Assembly (NCBI GenBank): GCA_965223335.1
Contig: OZ244991.1
Span: 2,368,001 to 2,432,000, forward strand
DNA: 64,000 nucleotides
Reading direction: 5' to 3'
Origin: Thermodesulfobacteriota bacterium
Lineage (GTDB): Bacteria; Desulfobacterota_D; UBA1144; Nemesobacterales; UBA2774
The position numbers and the translations under genes were made by a program. Below, piece by piece: positions 9,685 to 19,657 of this stretch (its first letter is position 1; each line of letters starts with the position of its first letter). The notes under the pieces are model-generated. The model saw only the letters and a program-made list of their open reading frames with translations. It did not search any database and had not been told where the DNA came from.

Positions 9685-11022
9685 ATGTCTGCACCTTCTG
9701 TAATGGCATTTGTCTTCTCGTTACTGCTCCTCATTTTAATCCCCCTCACCTCCCACGCCCAGACAGAAATAACCATCCAACAACTCACAGATACTACAGA
9801 TACCATTAATCAATTCCCCTCAAACAATGTCGACGGCTCCTTGATAGCGTTCGAATCCAACGGTGACATATCGGAAGAGATGCCGGGACCTACAAACCCA
9901 GACAAAGGATTTGAGATATTTCTGATAGACGAAGCAGGCAAGATAATTCAGCAAACAGACTCTATAATCGGAGGAGGCAGCAGTACAAGCCCTTCTATAA
10001 GCTCAGAAGCTCTTAATATCGCCTACCAATCAGATGCCGATCATACAGGTGGATTCAATTTAGATAGCACTACCGAGATTTTCACCGTATTTACTATGAA
10101 TGCAACCAGCATGTTACTTCAAGTTACAAACTCCACGACTGGTAATAGCACCAATCCATCCATAAATTCCAACGCCACAAGAATCGCCTTTGAGTCCACA
10201 TCCGACCTCACAGGAGACAATGCCGACATGAACCGCGAAATATTCCTATGGAAAGCTCCACCCAATATTACTCAGATCACTAAAACAACCTCAGGCGAGA
10301 GCCGTAACCCCTCTATTAATGCCGAGGGCTCTATTGTAGCTTTCGAATCCACTTCCGATATAACCGGCAATAACCCTGATCAAAACAGTGAAATTTTCTT
10401 TAGGATCGACGGCCAAGGTATCACCCAGGTCACTGACTCAAAAGTGGGTAGTAGTGTCCACCCTTCTATTAATTCCGATGGCTCCATCATAGCTTTCGAG
10501 TCCACATCCGACCTTACTGGCGATAACGCCGACGGTAATAACGAGATTTTCCTTTGGGACAGCACATCTGGTCTAAAGCAGATCACCGACACTTTTATCC
10601 ACCACAACTCACGGGCCTCTATCGATGGCGACGGCCGACGGATAGCCTTTATGTCCAACTCAAACATTACTGGGGATAATCCTGATTCGAATACCGAGAT
10701 TTTCATTTGGGACCGCCCAACCGGAATTACTCAAGTCACCGACACATTCTCAGCCATTAGTCGCAATCCATCAATAAGCACAGATGGAAGGACCATTGCA
10801 TTTGAATCCAATGCAAATCCGGTTAATAACAATTTCGATTTAAATAGCGAAATTTTCTTAGCTACTATTATAAGACTCACCAACCCCTCCACCGGCGGCG
10901 GCTGCAGCTTAATCTCCAATCAGCCACATTCACTCCCCCAATCCACCGCCAACCTCGCCCTACTCCTCATGCCCCTGCTCATCATCGCAGTACGCATCAC
11001 CCGAAAGTGTTGTAGTCCATAA
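9685..11022 (+). CDS. TolB-like/PD40 beta-propeller surface protein with a C-terminal GGGC + TM + basic sorting tail
   Basis: Repeated PSIN.DG..IAFES..D.TG.N.D.N.EIFLW blades; signal peptide; TGGGCSL...LALLLMPLLIIAVRITRK. Confidence 0.85.
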   Translation: MSAPSVMAFVFSLLLLILIPLTSHAQTEITIQQLTDTTDTINQFPSNNVDGSLIAFESNGDISEEMPGPTNPDKGFEIFLIDEAGKIIQQTDSIIGGGSSTSPSISSEALNIAYQSDADHTGGFNLDSTTEIFTVFTMNATSMLLQVTNSTTGNSTNPSINSNATRIAFESTSDLTGDNADMNREIFLWKAPPNITQITKTTSGESRNPSINAEGSIVAFESTSDITGNNPDQNSEIFFRIDGQGITQVTDSKVGSSVHPSINSDGSIIAFESTSDLTGDNADGNNEIFLWDSTSGLKQITDTFIHHNSRASIDGDGRRIAFMSNSNITGDNPDSNTEIFIWDRPTGITQVTDTFSAISRNPSISTDGRTIAFESNANPVNNNFDLNSEIFLATIIRLTNPSTGGGCSLISNQPHSLPQSTANLALLLMPLLIIAVRITRKCCSP

Positions 11023-11081
11023 GTACCGGTACTATGTTTTGCTTGGGGTCGCTTGACCCCCCGTACCCATAGGTAGCTCAA

Positions 11082-11115
11082 GGGGTCTGTCCCTCTTTAC
11101 CCGTGGACTGACCCC
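11082..11115. repeat. REP-like palindrome
   Basis: ggggtctgtccctctttacccgtggactgacccc. Confidence 0.8.
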
Positions 11116-11212
11116 GTAATTGCAGTAATCATCACAACCCCCGGTACTCCCTAAATACAAGGTCCCTGACCCTCCCTCCCACTCCACATTAGATCGAGTA
11201 ATATATATCCCC

Positions 11213-11836
11213 ATGCCTACCGACCCTTCCTACATGGTCCCCGCACAAACCGTGCGCGAGGAATACGAGGTCAAACGTAGCCGCTTTATTGCAACAGTCG
11301 GCAGAGTTACTAACGGCACACAAGCCAAGGAGTTTATAGAAAAGGTCCGTTCCGAGTTCCCCGACGCCACACACCACTGCTACGGCTACGTGGCTGGCAA
11401 TCCCAACGACACTACCGATATAGGCCTCGGCGACGACGGTGAGGTCCCCGGCACCGCCGGCAAGCCCATACTGTCTATCCTCCAGCACAAGGGCATAGGC
11501 GAGGTCATCGCTGTGGTCACCCGCTACTTCGGCGGTACCAAGCTCGGCACCGGAGGGCTTGTCCGTGCCTACTCGACCGCGCTTAATAAAGCCCTCGACT
11601 CCCTAGAGCTCACCCCTCATTTCACCCTCTCGACCGCTGCTATAACCATCCCGTACAAGTACGAAAACGCAGTCCGACTGCTGCTCGGCAAGATGAATAT
11701 TGCAATTGAGAGGGTTGATCATACCGATTCGGTCCGACTCACTGTCAACGTATCCGACGATGTATCCGATAAACTTAGAGACGAAATTATGAACCACACC
11801 CATGGCGAGGCCACTTACGAGCCGGTTTCTGATTAA
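11213..11836 (+). CDS. yigZ: YigZ/IMPACT family protein
   Basis: KRSRFIA, ATHHCYGY, DDGEVPGTAGKPIL, VVTRYFGGTKLGTGGLVRAY. Confidence 0.92.
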   Translation: MPTDPSYMVPAQTVREEYEVKRSRFIATVGRVTNGTQAKEFIEKVRSEFPDATHHCYGYVAGNPNDTTDIGLGDDGEVPGTAGKPILSILQHKGIGEVIAVVTRYFGGTKLGTGGLVRAYSTALNKALDSLELTPHFTLSTAAITIPYKYENAVRLLLGKMNIAIERVDHTDSVRLTVNVSDDVSDKLRDEIMNHTHGEATYEPVSD

Positions 11837-11921
11837 TAATGCCCTTTTACCAATATCCACTTGCTTACTTCTCATAATTTATTTAGTATAAAATGCATTC
11901 ACCCAGCTACTCACACACAAG

Positions 11922-12566
11922 ATGAAATCAACGTACATATTCATATTCATTGCACTCTTCCTTCTACTCCACCCCCTGCCCTCTCACTCAGCCCCCGTCG
12001 ACTGCCCCACCATCGATCAAGCCGACAAACAAGCGCTCCTCACAAAGCTAAAAGACGGCAAGCTAAATATAGTGCTTCGACACACTACCAAGACAACTAA
12101 CGGTAATATTGAAGATTTCCCCTATCTCGAAGGCTGCATAGATGAATACCAAGTGCTCAACCAAAAGGGCTTAGACGAAGCAAGCACCATAGGCAAGACA
12201 CTACTACAGCTAGACATTCCGGTGGATGTTCACTACAGCGAGTTCTGCCGCACCTGCCAAACTGCGATTGTTGCGTTCGGCCCCGACCCCATTCACCCCG
12301 ATAAGTGGCTTAACCAATACTGCTGCCGGAAAGACGACTGCTGCAAGGACCACCTCTCCCGCGCCGTCACCTATAAGTACCAGGAAAATAAAAACAAGGT
12401 CTACATAACCCACAACTACAATATCAAATCCATCCGGCTAGACGGCAATAGCATTAACTACCCAAAGGGCTTCGGTGTGGCACTTGTGTTCGACCCCCAC
12501 ACCCGTCCCACCACCCAACTCCTCGCCTGCCTCATGCCCAACGACTGGCCCAAGCTGCTGGAATAA
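11922..12566 (+). CDS. Exported histidine phosphatase superfamily protein
   Basis: Signal peptide, IVLRH, SEFCRTCQTA, YITH. Confidence 0.7.
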   Translation: MKSTYIFIFIALFLLLHPLPSHSAPVDCPTIDQADKQALLTKLKDGKLNIVLRHTTKTTNGNIEDFPYLEGCIDEYQVLNQKGLDEASTIGKTLLQLDIPVDVHYSEFCRTCQTAIVAFGPDPIHPDKWLNQYCCRKDDCCKDHLSRAVTYKYQENKNKVYITHNYNIKSIRLDGNSINYPKGFGVALVFDPHTRPTTQLLACLMPNDWPKLLE

Positions 12567-12614
12567 TAACTTTCACACAATATTCCTACCCGTTGCTATC
12601 TCTCATACCCGGTC

Positions 12615-12989
12615 TCAACTATACGGCTCAACCGGCTTATTAAAATCCTCTGGATCCTTACCATACTCACACTTGGGACAGTACTCGACTGGGCGTAATC
12701 CCTTGATTCTACTCCATATACTAGAGTCCTTCATTTGATGCTGATAGATAGACACCCTGCAACGAGGGCATTTGATGAAAAATATTTGTACTGCGATATA
12801 TAAAAGGAGCAATCCCAAGAATACCGTGCCAGAGCTAAATTCCACTAAGAAAGCAGATTCAACATAACCAGCTGATACTAATACATATATTACAATATTA
12901 CACACTACAAGAGCCATCAATATCCTCATAATCCACACCTTGTAACCCTGCCCCGTCATCCTCACAAATTTATAGTTCTCTTCACTCAT
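12615..12989 (-). CDS. Two-TM protein with a zinc ribbon
   Basis: Start MSEENY with GGAGGGA SD; CPRC...CPKC after two TM segments. Confidence 0.6.
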   Translation of the reverse strand: MSEENYKFVRMTGQGYKVWIMRILMALVVCNIVIYVLVSAGYVESAFLVEFSSGTVFLGLLLLYIAVQIFFIKCPRCRVSIYQHQMKDSSIWSRIKGLRPVEYCPKCEYGKDPEDFNKPVEPYS

Positions 12990-13009
12990 TCTCTTATCCC
13001 TCCCACTCC

Positions 13010-13738
13010 TCACAAGATCCCAAACATCAGCCATTCCATAATCACACCCAGCACAAAAAATGGAAAAAACAAATAAATCCTCACCACATCCCATATACTA
13101 TCGATGTTAAACCAACTGGCATCATATATTCCCAATTCTCTATTATCCCAATCGTATCTTGCAGAATGCCTTGTAAATGGGAAAATCATATCAAAATAAT
13201 TATCGTCTGAACCATCATAATATTTATATAGTTTCAGTAGATTCTCGTGCTTTAAGTCTTTAATTGGTTTACCCCCGACACGTGCATCCATAAACTTTAA
13301 GTAACCCTCATTTTCATTGTCACGAGAATCGGTATCTACCTTAGGACTCATTCGCGGATACTTTTCATAAAGTCTCTTATTTAAAGGTATCAAGACTCCA
13401 CGCACCTTTTTTCTACCGCTCGGCATGTTGTTACCACTCATATGTCCTCTGACCTCAACTCCAATCCCGTGATTAATCCAGTACAGCTTTGTGTATTTAT
13501 ATATAAATTTTTTTTCGTTACTGACAATATCCGGCTTCCCCAGCTTGTCGTACCATAGTACCAATCGCGACCCCAGTACGAGCCCCTCATCCCCTAGCTC
13601 CTTTGCCACCACCGGCACTATCGGGTCTCCCACATTGTCATAAATCACATGTCGGCCTATCACCGTCCCCACATAGGAAAGCAAAATAATAAGCGACCAA
13701 ACCCCAATTATCTTCAATACAACCCGTAATATAGCCAA
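13010..13738 (-). CDS. Hypothetical membrane-anchored protein
   Basis: 242-aa ORF with N- and C-terminal TM segments. Confidence 0.6.
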   Translation of the reverse strand: MAILRVVLKIIGVWSLIILLSYVGTVIGRHVIYDNVGDPIVPVVAKELGDEGLVLGSRLVLWYDKLGKPDIVSNEKKFIYKYTKLYWINHGIGVEVRGHMSGNNMPSGRKKVRGVLIPLNKRLYEKYPRMSPKVDTDSRDNENEGYLKFMDARVGGKPIKDLKHENLLKLYKYYDGSDDNYFDMIFPFTRHSARYDWDNRELGIYDASWFNIDSIWDVVRIYLFFPFFVLGVIMEWLMFGIL

Positions 13739-13787
13739 ATTACACCGTCGTACCAGTCATAATCCACTCCAAACAATTCATATAACA

Positions 13788-14489
13788 CTACTCCAGCGGC
13801 TGTCTGTAAATCTCATCTATCATAATCTCTTCGGCCACACCCAGTGCTTTCGGATCGTCATAGTAAAGCAAATTCTCGGCTATCATCTTGCTATAAGTAG
13901 GATCAGTCTGTCTATTCGCAGCTTCGATAATTAGATCTACGTCCACAATATCTTCAAATTCCAAAAGAGCCTTTACAGAATTAAGTACTATCTCCGGGTT
14001 ATCCGACTTAACACCCGTTTCCAACAACTCCAACGCCCTTTCATCCAACGTGGAACCTAACAACATTATGTATTGCCTTTTCTTGTCTAACTCAGTTTTT
14101 TTAGTCTTCGGTTCAAAGCCATTTTGATCACACCACACAAGAAAATCATTCGTATACTTGCCATTGCCCCTCTCGTCATATTTCCACGTTTGTACGGTTT
14201 CGGTATGAATCACGTTATGAGCAAGCCCGTACAGATAGTTCCAGTACTTATCCACAGGGTCTCGGCCCGACACTACTAAATGTTTAGCTATTACTGCTTT
14301 CACTCTCTCGTCTTCGAACTCATCAAACTTCCTTTCAAAATAATCTTCCATAGTTTCATTTCGGATATCTATCTTCTCCCCCTGATTGGTCTTCTCTAGA
14401 TGCTCATTGACATTTATCAGACCATAGATAATCAGTCCCCACAGACACGAACCTGCAATAGTTAATATGACGAGATTACGCGTTCTCAT
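13788..14489 (-). CDS. Membrane-anchored protein with a HEAT-like C-terminus
   Basis: N-terminal TM; LLGSTLDERALELL...SDNPEIVLNSVKAL resembles HEAT/PBS repeats. Confidence 0.6.
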   Translation of the reverse strand: MRTRNLVILTIAGSCLWGLIIYGLINVNEHLEKTNQGEKIDIRNETMEDYFERKFDEFEDERVKAVIAKHLVVSGRDPVDKYWNYLYGLAHNVIHTETVQTWKYDERGNGKYTNDFLVWCDQNGFEPKTKKTELDKKRQYIMLLGSTLDERALELLETGVKSDNPEIVLNSVKALLEFEDIVDVDLIIEAANRQTDPTYSKMIAENLLYYDDPKALGVAEEIMIDEIYRQPLE

Positions 14490-14651
14490 AATGGAATACT
14501 CCCCGTGTTAGTAAATATTTCACTATATATAATAATACTGTAATTCTCTTATAAATGGGCAATATGTAGTGCTTTAGTGTATTAAGGATTGATTATCAAC
14601 TCTAGTTACAATTAATTTGCAATAGCGGCACTAGAATAAATGCTATAAAAA

Positions 14652-14685
14652 GGGGTCTGTCCCTCTTTACCCGTGGACTGACCCC
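14652..14685. repeat. REP-like palindrome
   Basis: Identical to 11082-11115. Confidence 0.8.
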
Positions 14686-14716
14686 GTATTTGCGTTTAGC
14701 TAAATGGGGACGAGCT

Positions 14717-14795
14717 AAATGGGGACGGAGCCCGTATTATATAACACCCTACTATTACTTACTATTCTATAATTAGGGACGGAGCCCTATTTTTT
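14717..14795. repeat. Orphan copy of the transposase-flanking palindrome doublet
   Basis: gggacggagccc...taattagggacggagccctattt with spacing similar to 4836-4905. Confidence 0.7.
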
Positions 14796-15082
14796 AGTGC
14801 ATGTCCCATATAGTGTCACAGACACCAATCCGACATTACAGCCGTTTAGCGTTAAGAAAATAGCGCAAAGGAGTCGTAAATTGGTTTTCGGGACCGGGGC
14901 GGCATTATCCCCCCTCTACCCCATCTTATCCCTACCTGCCGCTCATACACTACATTCGCTTACGGTCCCCATAGGCACTAAAGTTTCGGCACTCCCTTTT
15001 GAATGGGGCCTCTAGGCTCCCTTTTGGTCAAGCAAAAGTAGCAGATTACATCTGCAGGAATTTGTTTTGTGGTTTGCACTTA

Positions 15083-15116
15083 GGGGTCTGTCCCTCTTTA
15101 CCCGTGGACTGACCCC
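15083..15116. repeat. REP-like palindrome
   Basis: Identical to 11082-11115. Confidence 0.8.
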
Positions 15117-15168
15117 GTAGTTGCGGTAATCATCACAACTCTCGGTACTCCCATATGCAAGGGTGCCC

Positions 15169-15747
15169 TTAAACCCCCGCGGGGTCCTCATGCTCCCTGC
15201 ACAAGAGCATGCTGTCCGCATCGGTAAGCGCTTCTTTGGTAAGCCCGCACTGGTGTGTGTCCCCAAGCCCTTTCCTTCTAAAGTAATTACAGGTCTTGCA
15301 TACCCCAAACTGATAGCCACGGTTTAGCCTCTGCATCCCCACCAACAGTGTTTTCAAAAGCCCACTTAGGTTCGTTCTATCCTTTTCACTCATCTCACTC
15401 AAAGCATCCCCGACCAGCTTTGGCACAGCCGCCCTCTCGACAAGCCTCTTGCCCCACGCAGTCAGTTTCAAGTGCACGACCCTTTTATCCTTCTTATCGT
15501 GGGATTTCTTCAAAAACCCCTTACGCTCAAGCACGTTTATGCTCTGTGAGGTCGTACCCTTTGTGGCCCCCACAAATTCCCCCACCGACTGGGGCGTGTC
15601 GCTGTAACGATTGCAGATCGATAGATAGGTAAGCATCTGGATATGCACCGGCAACAACCCCTCGGCACCGCCTTCGAGCCTTTGCTCAGCTCTCAGCAGA
15701 TTGTCCAACCTGCCTATAAAAGTCGCTATCTCTTTCCCTACGTCCAT
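15169..15747 (-). CDS. MarR-family regulator with Cys-rich tail (most canonical copy)
   Basis: TKGTTSQSINVLERKG recognition helix, DKRVVHLKLT wing, CKTC...HQCGLT...CREHE. Confidence 0.88.
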   Translation of the reverse strand: MDVGKEIATFIGRLDNLLRAEQRLEGGAEGLLPVHIQMLTYLSICNRYSDTPQSVGEFVGATKGTTSQSINVLERKGFLKKSHDKKDKRVVHLKLTAWGKRLVERAAVPKLVGDALSEMSEKDRTNLSGLLKTLLVGMQRLNRGYQFGVCKTCNYFRRKGLGDTHQCGLTKEALTDADSMLLCREHEDPAGV

Positions 15748-15756
15748 ACTATTATT

Positions 15757-15830
15757 GTATCGCCTCGATACGACCTTGACAATCCCCGCGCGTATTATAT
15801 ACTGAATTCATAGTATCGGGTCGATACTAT
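15757..15830. promoter_or_regulatory. Two GTATCG-N3-CGATAC operators around a sigma70-like promoter
   Basis: gtatcgcctcgatac at 15757-15771 and atagtatcgggtcgatactat at 15810-15830; ttgaca 15776-15781, tatact 15798-15803. Confidence 0.75.
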
Positions 15831-15854
15831 CATAACACACTAGGAGGTATGCTC

Positions 15855-16088
15855 ATGAGTAAAGCAGTCTTTTATCACGCAGGTTGTCCGGTATGTGTCA
15901 GTGCCGAGCAGGGTCTGGCGCACGCGCTTGACCGCTCTAAGTACGAAGTCGAGGTTGTCCACCTAGGAGAAGACAAAGGGCGTCTCCAAGAGGCCGATGC
16001 TTTGGGTGTTAAGTCCGTGCCCGCACTCGCAGTAAACGGCGAGGTGTTTCACATCAACTTCGGCGCATCTATAGACGACCTCAGATAG
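15855..16088 (+). CDS. Small thioredoxin-family protein
   Basis: FYHAGCPVC, GVKSVPAL; AGGAGG SD; divergent from the MarR gene. Confidence 0.85.
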   Translation: MSKAVFYHAGCPVCVSAEQGLAHALDRSKYEVEVVHLGEDKGRLQEADALGVKSVPALAVNGEVFHINFGASIDDLR

Positions 16089-16143
16089 TCATCCTCATTG
16101 CAGCAGATTACATCTGCAGGAATATGTTGTGTATCGTGCTCAA

Positions 16144-16177
16144 GGGTTCTGTCCCTCTTTACCCATGGACTGACCCC
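16144..16177. repeat. REP-like palindrome
   Basis: gggttctgtccctctttacccatggactgacccc. Confidence 0.75.
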
Positions 16178-16293
16178 GTAGTTACGGTAATCATCACAAC
16201 TCTCGGTACTCCCTCAAAACGGTGTCCGTGTGCCCCCCCACAAAAAAAGGCGGGAGGTTCGTGAAATCCTCCCCCGCCTTACTTATAAAAAAA

Positions 16294-16328
16294 GGGGACT
16301 GTCCCGCCTTATCATGTGGACTGTCCCC
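16294..16328. repeat. REP-like palindrome variant
   Basis: ggggactgtccc...ggactgtcccc. Confidence 0.7.
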
Positions 16329-16364
16329 TTTTTAACTTTTTTAAATCAGGTGTTAATACGGTTC

Positions 16365-16850
16365 CTACGGTGCCGACCACACGGCCCTGGCACACATTGC
16401 ACGCACCTCGAGCCTTATGCAGTTGTTAACCGCTCCGCTATCTGCGCGGTGCACCGATGTCACCCAACTACTCTTGTTGGTAGACCTATTGTTAGAAGCA
16501 TAGTTCTCGACCACAAATAGTTCGTTTTGATTTATCGTCGTCCCATTGGCAATGATCCTATACCCCCCGCCTATGGCCGCAAAGCCTTCCTGGCAAAGCG
16601 CCTCAAACCTCTGGGTCTTCCCGGCAATCATGCTTATCTCACTACGCGTGCCCACCTCTACAATCTCGAGCCCACCCGACATAAACCTGTTTATAACCGG
16701 CGTGCCGCAGCGCTCCGAGCACGACACTCCCTCTGTGCGTGTGCACGAGAGGTCCAATAGCCCCTCCTCGCTACCCTGGGCAAACCCCATCGGCGCACCA
16801 AGCGCCATCAACATCACAGCCATTCCTAATCCTATGATGTATCTCCTCAT
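16365..16850 (-). CDS. Secreted Cys-containing hypothetical protein
   Basis: GGAGGT SD, signal peptide MRRYIIG...GFA, ALC..G..AIGGGY...VRAMC tail. Confidence 0.65.
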   Translation of the reverse strand: MRRYIIGLGMAVMLMALGAPMGFAQGSEEGLLDLSCTRTEGVSCSERCGTPVINRFMSGGLEIVEVGTRSEISMIAGKTQRFEALCQEGFAAIGGGYRIIANGTTINQNELFVVENYASNNRSTNKSSWVTSVHRADSGAVNNCIRLEVRAMCARAVWSAP

Positions 16851-17053
16851 TCTAACCTCCTTTGCTTTGGAATTTGTCTTGTACTTCTTGGTTAACCCTA
16901 TTCTAAAACACAGGTTCCAATAATGCAATCCCCCTAACTCATTAAATATAAACGTGCTCCTGTTTACGCCACACTTGGCAATATCCCTTGGATTTTTACA
17001 GCTCGGTATTTACAGCCAGACCCCCCCTGCACCCGCGGACTCATAAAAGGTGT

Positions 17054-17635
17054 TTAATGATGCAGATCCCTTGTGCTTTCCTCGTACTCGTGACAGATCT
17101 TCACACTGTCCTCATCCGTAAGCGCTTCCTGCGCCAGCCCGCACCAATTGGTCCTGCTGAGCCCGTTTTGCCTAAAGTGACGACACGTAGAACAGGTCCC
17201 AAACACTTTCCCGCCGTTCGTGCGCTTAATCCCCTTTAACATCTCGGTCAACAGCCCGTCCAACAACTGCCTGTTCTCAGACTTAAGGCCGATTATCGCC
17301 GATACAACATGGTGCGGAGGGTAATGCTGACACACATATTTATTCCCCTTTTCCGTAAGCTCATAACGCATAGCCCCGTCCGGACTCACACTCTCTATAA
17401 GCTCCTTGTCCTCAAGCAGTCTAATTGCACTCTTCACTGCTTCGGCTTTGCAACCCACAAACTCCCCTATAGCCTGCGGTATCTTACTGTATTTATTACA
17501 CATATACAGATATCCTAATATCTGAGTATGCAGAGGTTCTATCTCCAAATCGTACCCTTTTGCAATCTCATCGTCCCTAATCATATTACCTATTCGCTCG
17601 ATCAATGTTAGCAACTTGATATATTCCATGATCAC
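17054..17635 (-). CDS. MarR-family regulator with Cys-rich tail
   Basis: LYMCNKYS, YELTEKG, FGTCSTCRHF...WCGLA...CHEYE. Confidence 0.8.
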   Translation of the reverse strand: MIMEYIKLLTLIERIGNMIRDDEIAKGYDLEIEPLHTQILGYLYMCNKYSKIPQAIGEFVGCKAEAVKSAIRLLEDKELIESVSPDGAMRYELTEKGNKYVCQHYPPHHVVSAIIGLKSENRQLLDGLLTEMLKGIKRTNGGKVFGTCSTCRHFRQNGLSRTNWCGLAQEALTDEDSVKICHEYEESTRDLHH

Positions 17636-17867
17636 CTCTGATTACTAATGATAACTAATATTACGGCCATTACCTTTTCATGTCAATCCTATAGTCTCAC
17701 ATTCACTACACACATAGCTCTAGACATATAAATAGTATGTAATTGTTATGAGTTACGGTAAGCACAGCAACACCCATTACATAGAAAAGAACAAGAACAA
17801 GTACAAACAATAATTACCGAAAGATGCAGTTAACTGGTTAACTTATTGTTCTGAGTACTTTAAAAAA

Positions 17868-17898
17868 TAAGGGCGCATCCAGCCAAAATGCGCCCTTA
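17868..17898 (-). terminator. Intrinsic terminator-like hairpin
   Basis: taagggcgcat-N9-atgcgccctta followed by a T-tract on the minus strand. Confidence 0.55.
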
Positions 17899-18432
17899 AA
17901 AGGAGGATTAAGCATACACTTAAATCCACGAGTATAGAATTTTCAGAACTTAAGCCTTCACGCCCCAATAAACACAGATGACCAATCCGCACAAATATAT
18001 CATTTGCTTACAGGCGGTTATGTATTTCTATTGTGTTTCCGATGGAATAACGGCTTGTGGTATCGAGCACTGTTCATGCGATATATATTTCTTATACATA
18101 CATCAACAGCACTAAGAAGATCAATGATGTAGTTACCAAAATTAGCCTTATATCCATCACCAGTCCGCTACAAAACTATATTCGTGGTAACAACTAACAC
18201 ATCCAAAACAAAACAGATATGTATAATATATATTAATACTGATTACATATTTGTCAATATCTCTCGAGAATTCTCCACAGCTAACAACTAGTTAACATCA
18301 ATGAATGTTTAATGCTTAGGATAATAAGTAGGGGATCTTGCTCCAGTGATGCCGCTAGGCTCCTCACATCTCTTTGCAAGTTCCCCTACTCAGGCGTCTG
18401 ATATGCCTGTGGAGGCGAAGATTAGGTGGTAT

Positions 18433-19095
18433 CTATGCCACTCGGTCACTTAATAGTGCTTCGTCAATGTTGTATCTGGTATCTCCCGATACATCTACCG
18501 CAATGTCCATACTTGCAGTATCCATACCAATCTCATTTTTCTGCAGATGAGCATGTATTGCCTGATTAAAAGTCTCTTCCACCCCTATCCCTTTATCAGC
18601 TATGGCATCTACCCTCGGCAGTTTATAGTCAAAGTTGTTTAAGAGCTTAAACGGCACCACACCCACCAGGTCGCGCTTATTAAACTGTATAACCGTGGTC
18701 ACATCCTCGGGCTCCCTGCAGTGCGTGTTCTTGATGATATCCTTTACTTCCTCATAGGCGATGATGTTCTCGGTAACCTTCTCTGGGTCTAGGTCCACCA
18801 CAAACACCATTATGTCCATGTCCTCCATCAACTTCTTCCTCATCGACCTATACACACTTTTTCCGGGCACCGATAGCGCCGACACATTGATACACTCACT
18901 GCCGTTATCATAGAGCTTCTTCGAGATCGTATCAAAGCTGAATATTTTGTCACCCAGCTTGGTGTCGTCCGCCACACTTACCCCCCAGAGCCCTGCCAAA
19001 TAGTTAATATTTGCGGTCTTTCCCGCCTCGTGGAGTCCAGTGTAGACGACCTTTAGGTTGTAAAAGGTTTTCTTCCCTATGTTTTGTACTTTCAT
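18433..19095 (-). CDS. MglA-like small GTPase (degenerate)
   Basis: KVVYTGLHEAGKT P-loop, MVFVVD, QFNKRD; PGK in place of PGQ. Confidence 0.8.
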   Translation of the reverse strand: MKVQNIGKKTFYNLKVVYTGLHEAGKTANINYLAGLWGVSVADDTKLGDKIFSFDTISKKLYDNGSECINVSALSVPGKSVYRSMRKKLMEDMDIMVFVVDLDPEKVTENIIAYEEVKDIIKNTHCREPEDVTTVIQFNKRDLVGVVPFKLLNNFDYKLPRVDAIADKGIGVEETFNQAIHAHLQKNEIGMDTASMDIAVDVSGDTRYNIDEALLSDRVA

Positions 19096-19288
19096 ATTTC
19101 ACTCTCCGTTCATTCCGCTTCTCTCAACATGCCAATCCTCCAAATGGCACGTTATTTAAATTATAGGCACACGTCCACTCTGTTATCTATTGGGGAATCA
19201 CCCCATTTTATCTAGGGTGATTTACTATATGGTGTGGATCGGCTCTCAAGACCCAACTCATTATGTTTGGTGGTTCGCCTTTCCTAAA

Positions 19289-19469
19289 TGGGGTCATAGA
19301 CCCCAATCCCGACATTCAGCTATTAGCATGAATAAAATAGCGCAATGGAGTCGTAAATTGGTTTTCGGGGGTGTGGTCGGATTAAAATCAATTAGACGGA
19401 ATTAGCTATTTTTAGCTAATCGCTGTTAGTCGGTGACTTTTGGCTACTTTTGGTCAAGCAAAAGTAGCA
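19289..19469. repeat. Three-hairpin dispersed element, stem type B
   Basis: tggggtcatagacccca, ccgacattcagc...gctgttagtcgg, gctactttt/aaaagtagc. Confidence 0.85.
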
Positions 19470-19657
19470 AATTAATAGGTAATTAATATCGGCCTACTGA
19501 GATATTATCCCTAGTGCCAACAAACATCCGGTACTAAGTTTTGCATGAGGTCATAGACCCCGACCTCTTTATTTTGTTCCTCCCGGTCGGTCGCAAAAGA
19601 CCGCTCCCTAGCGGTCCCCATTGGCACTTTCGTAATGGTAACGAGGACAATAACCCC

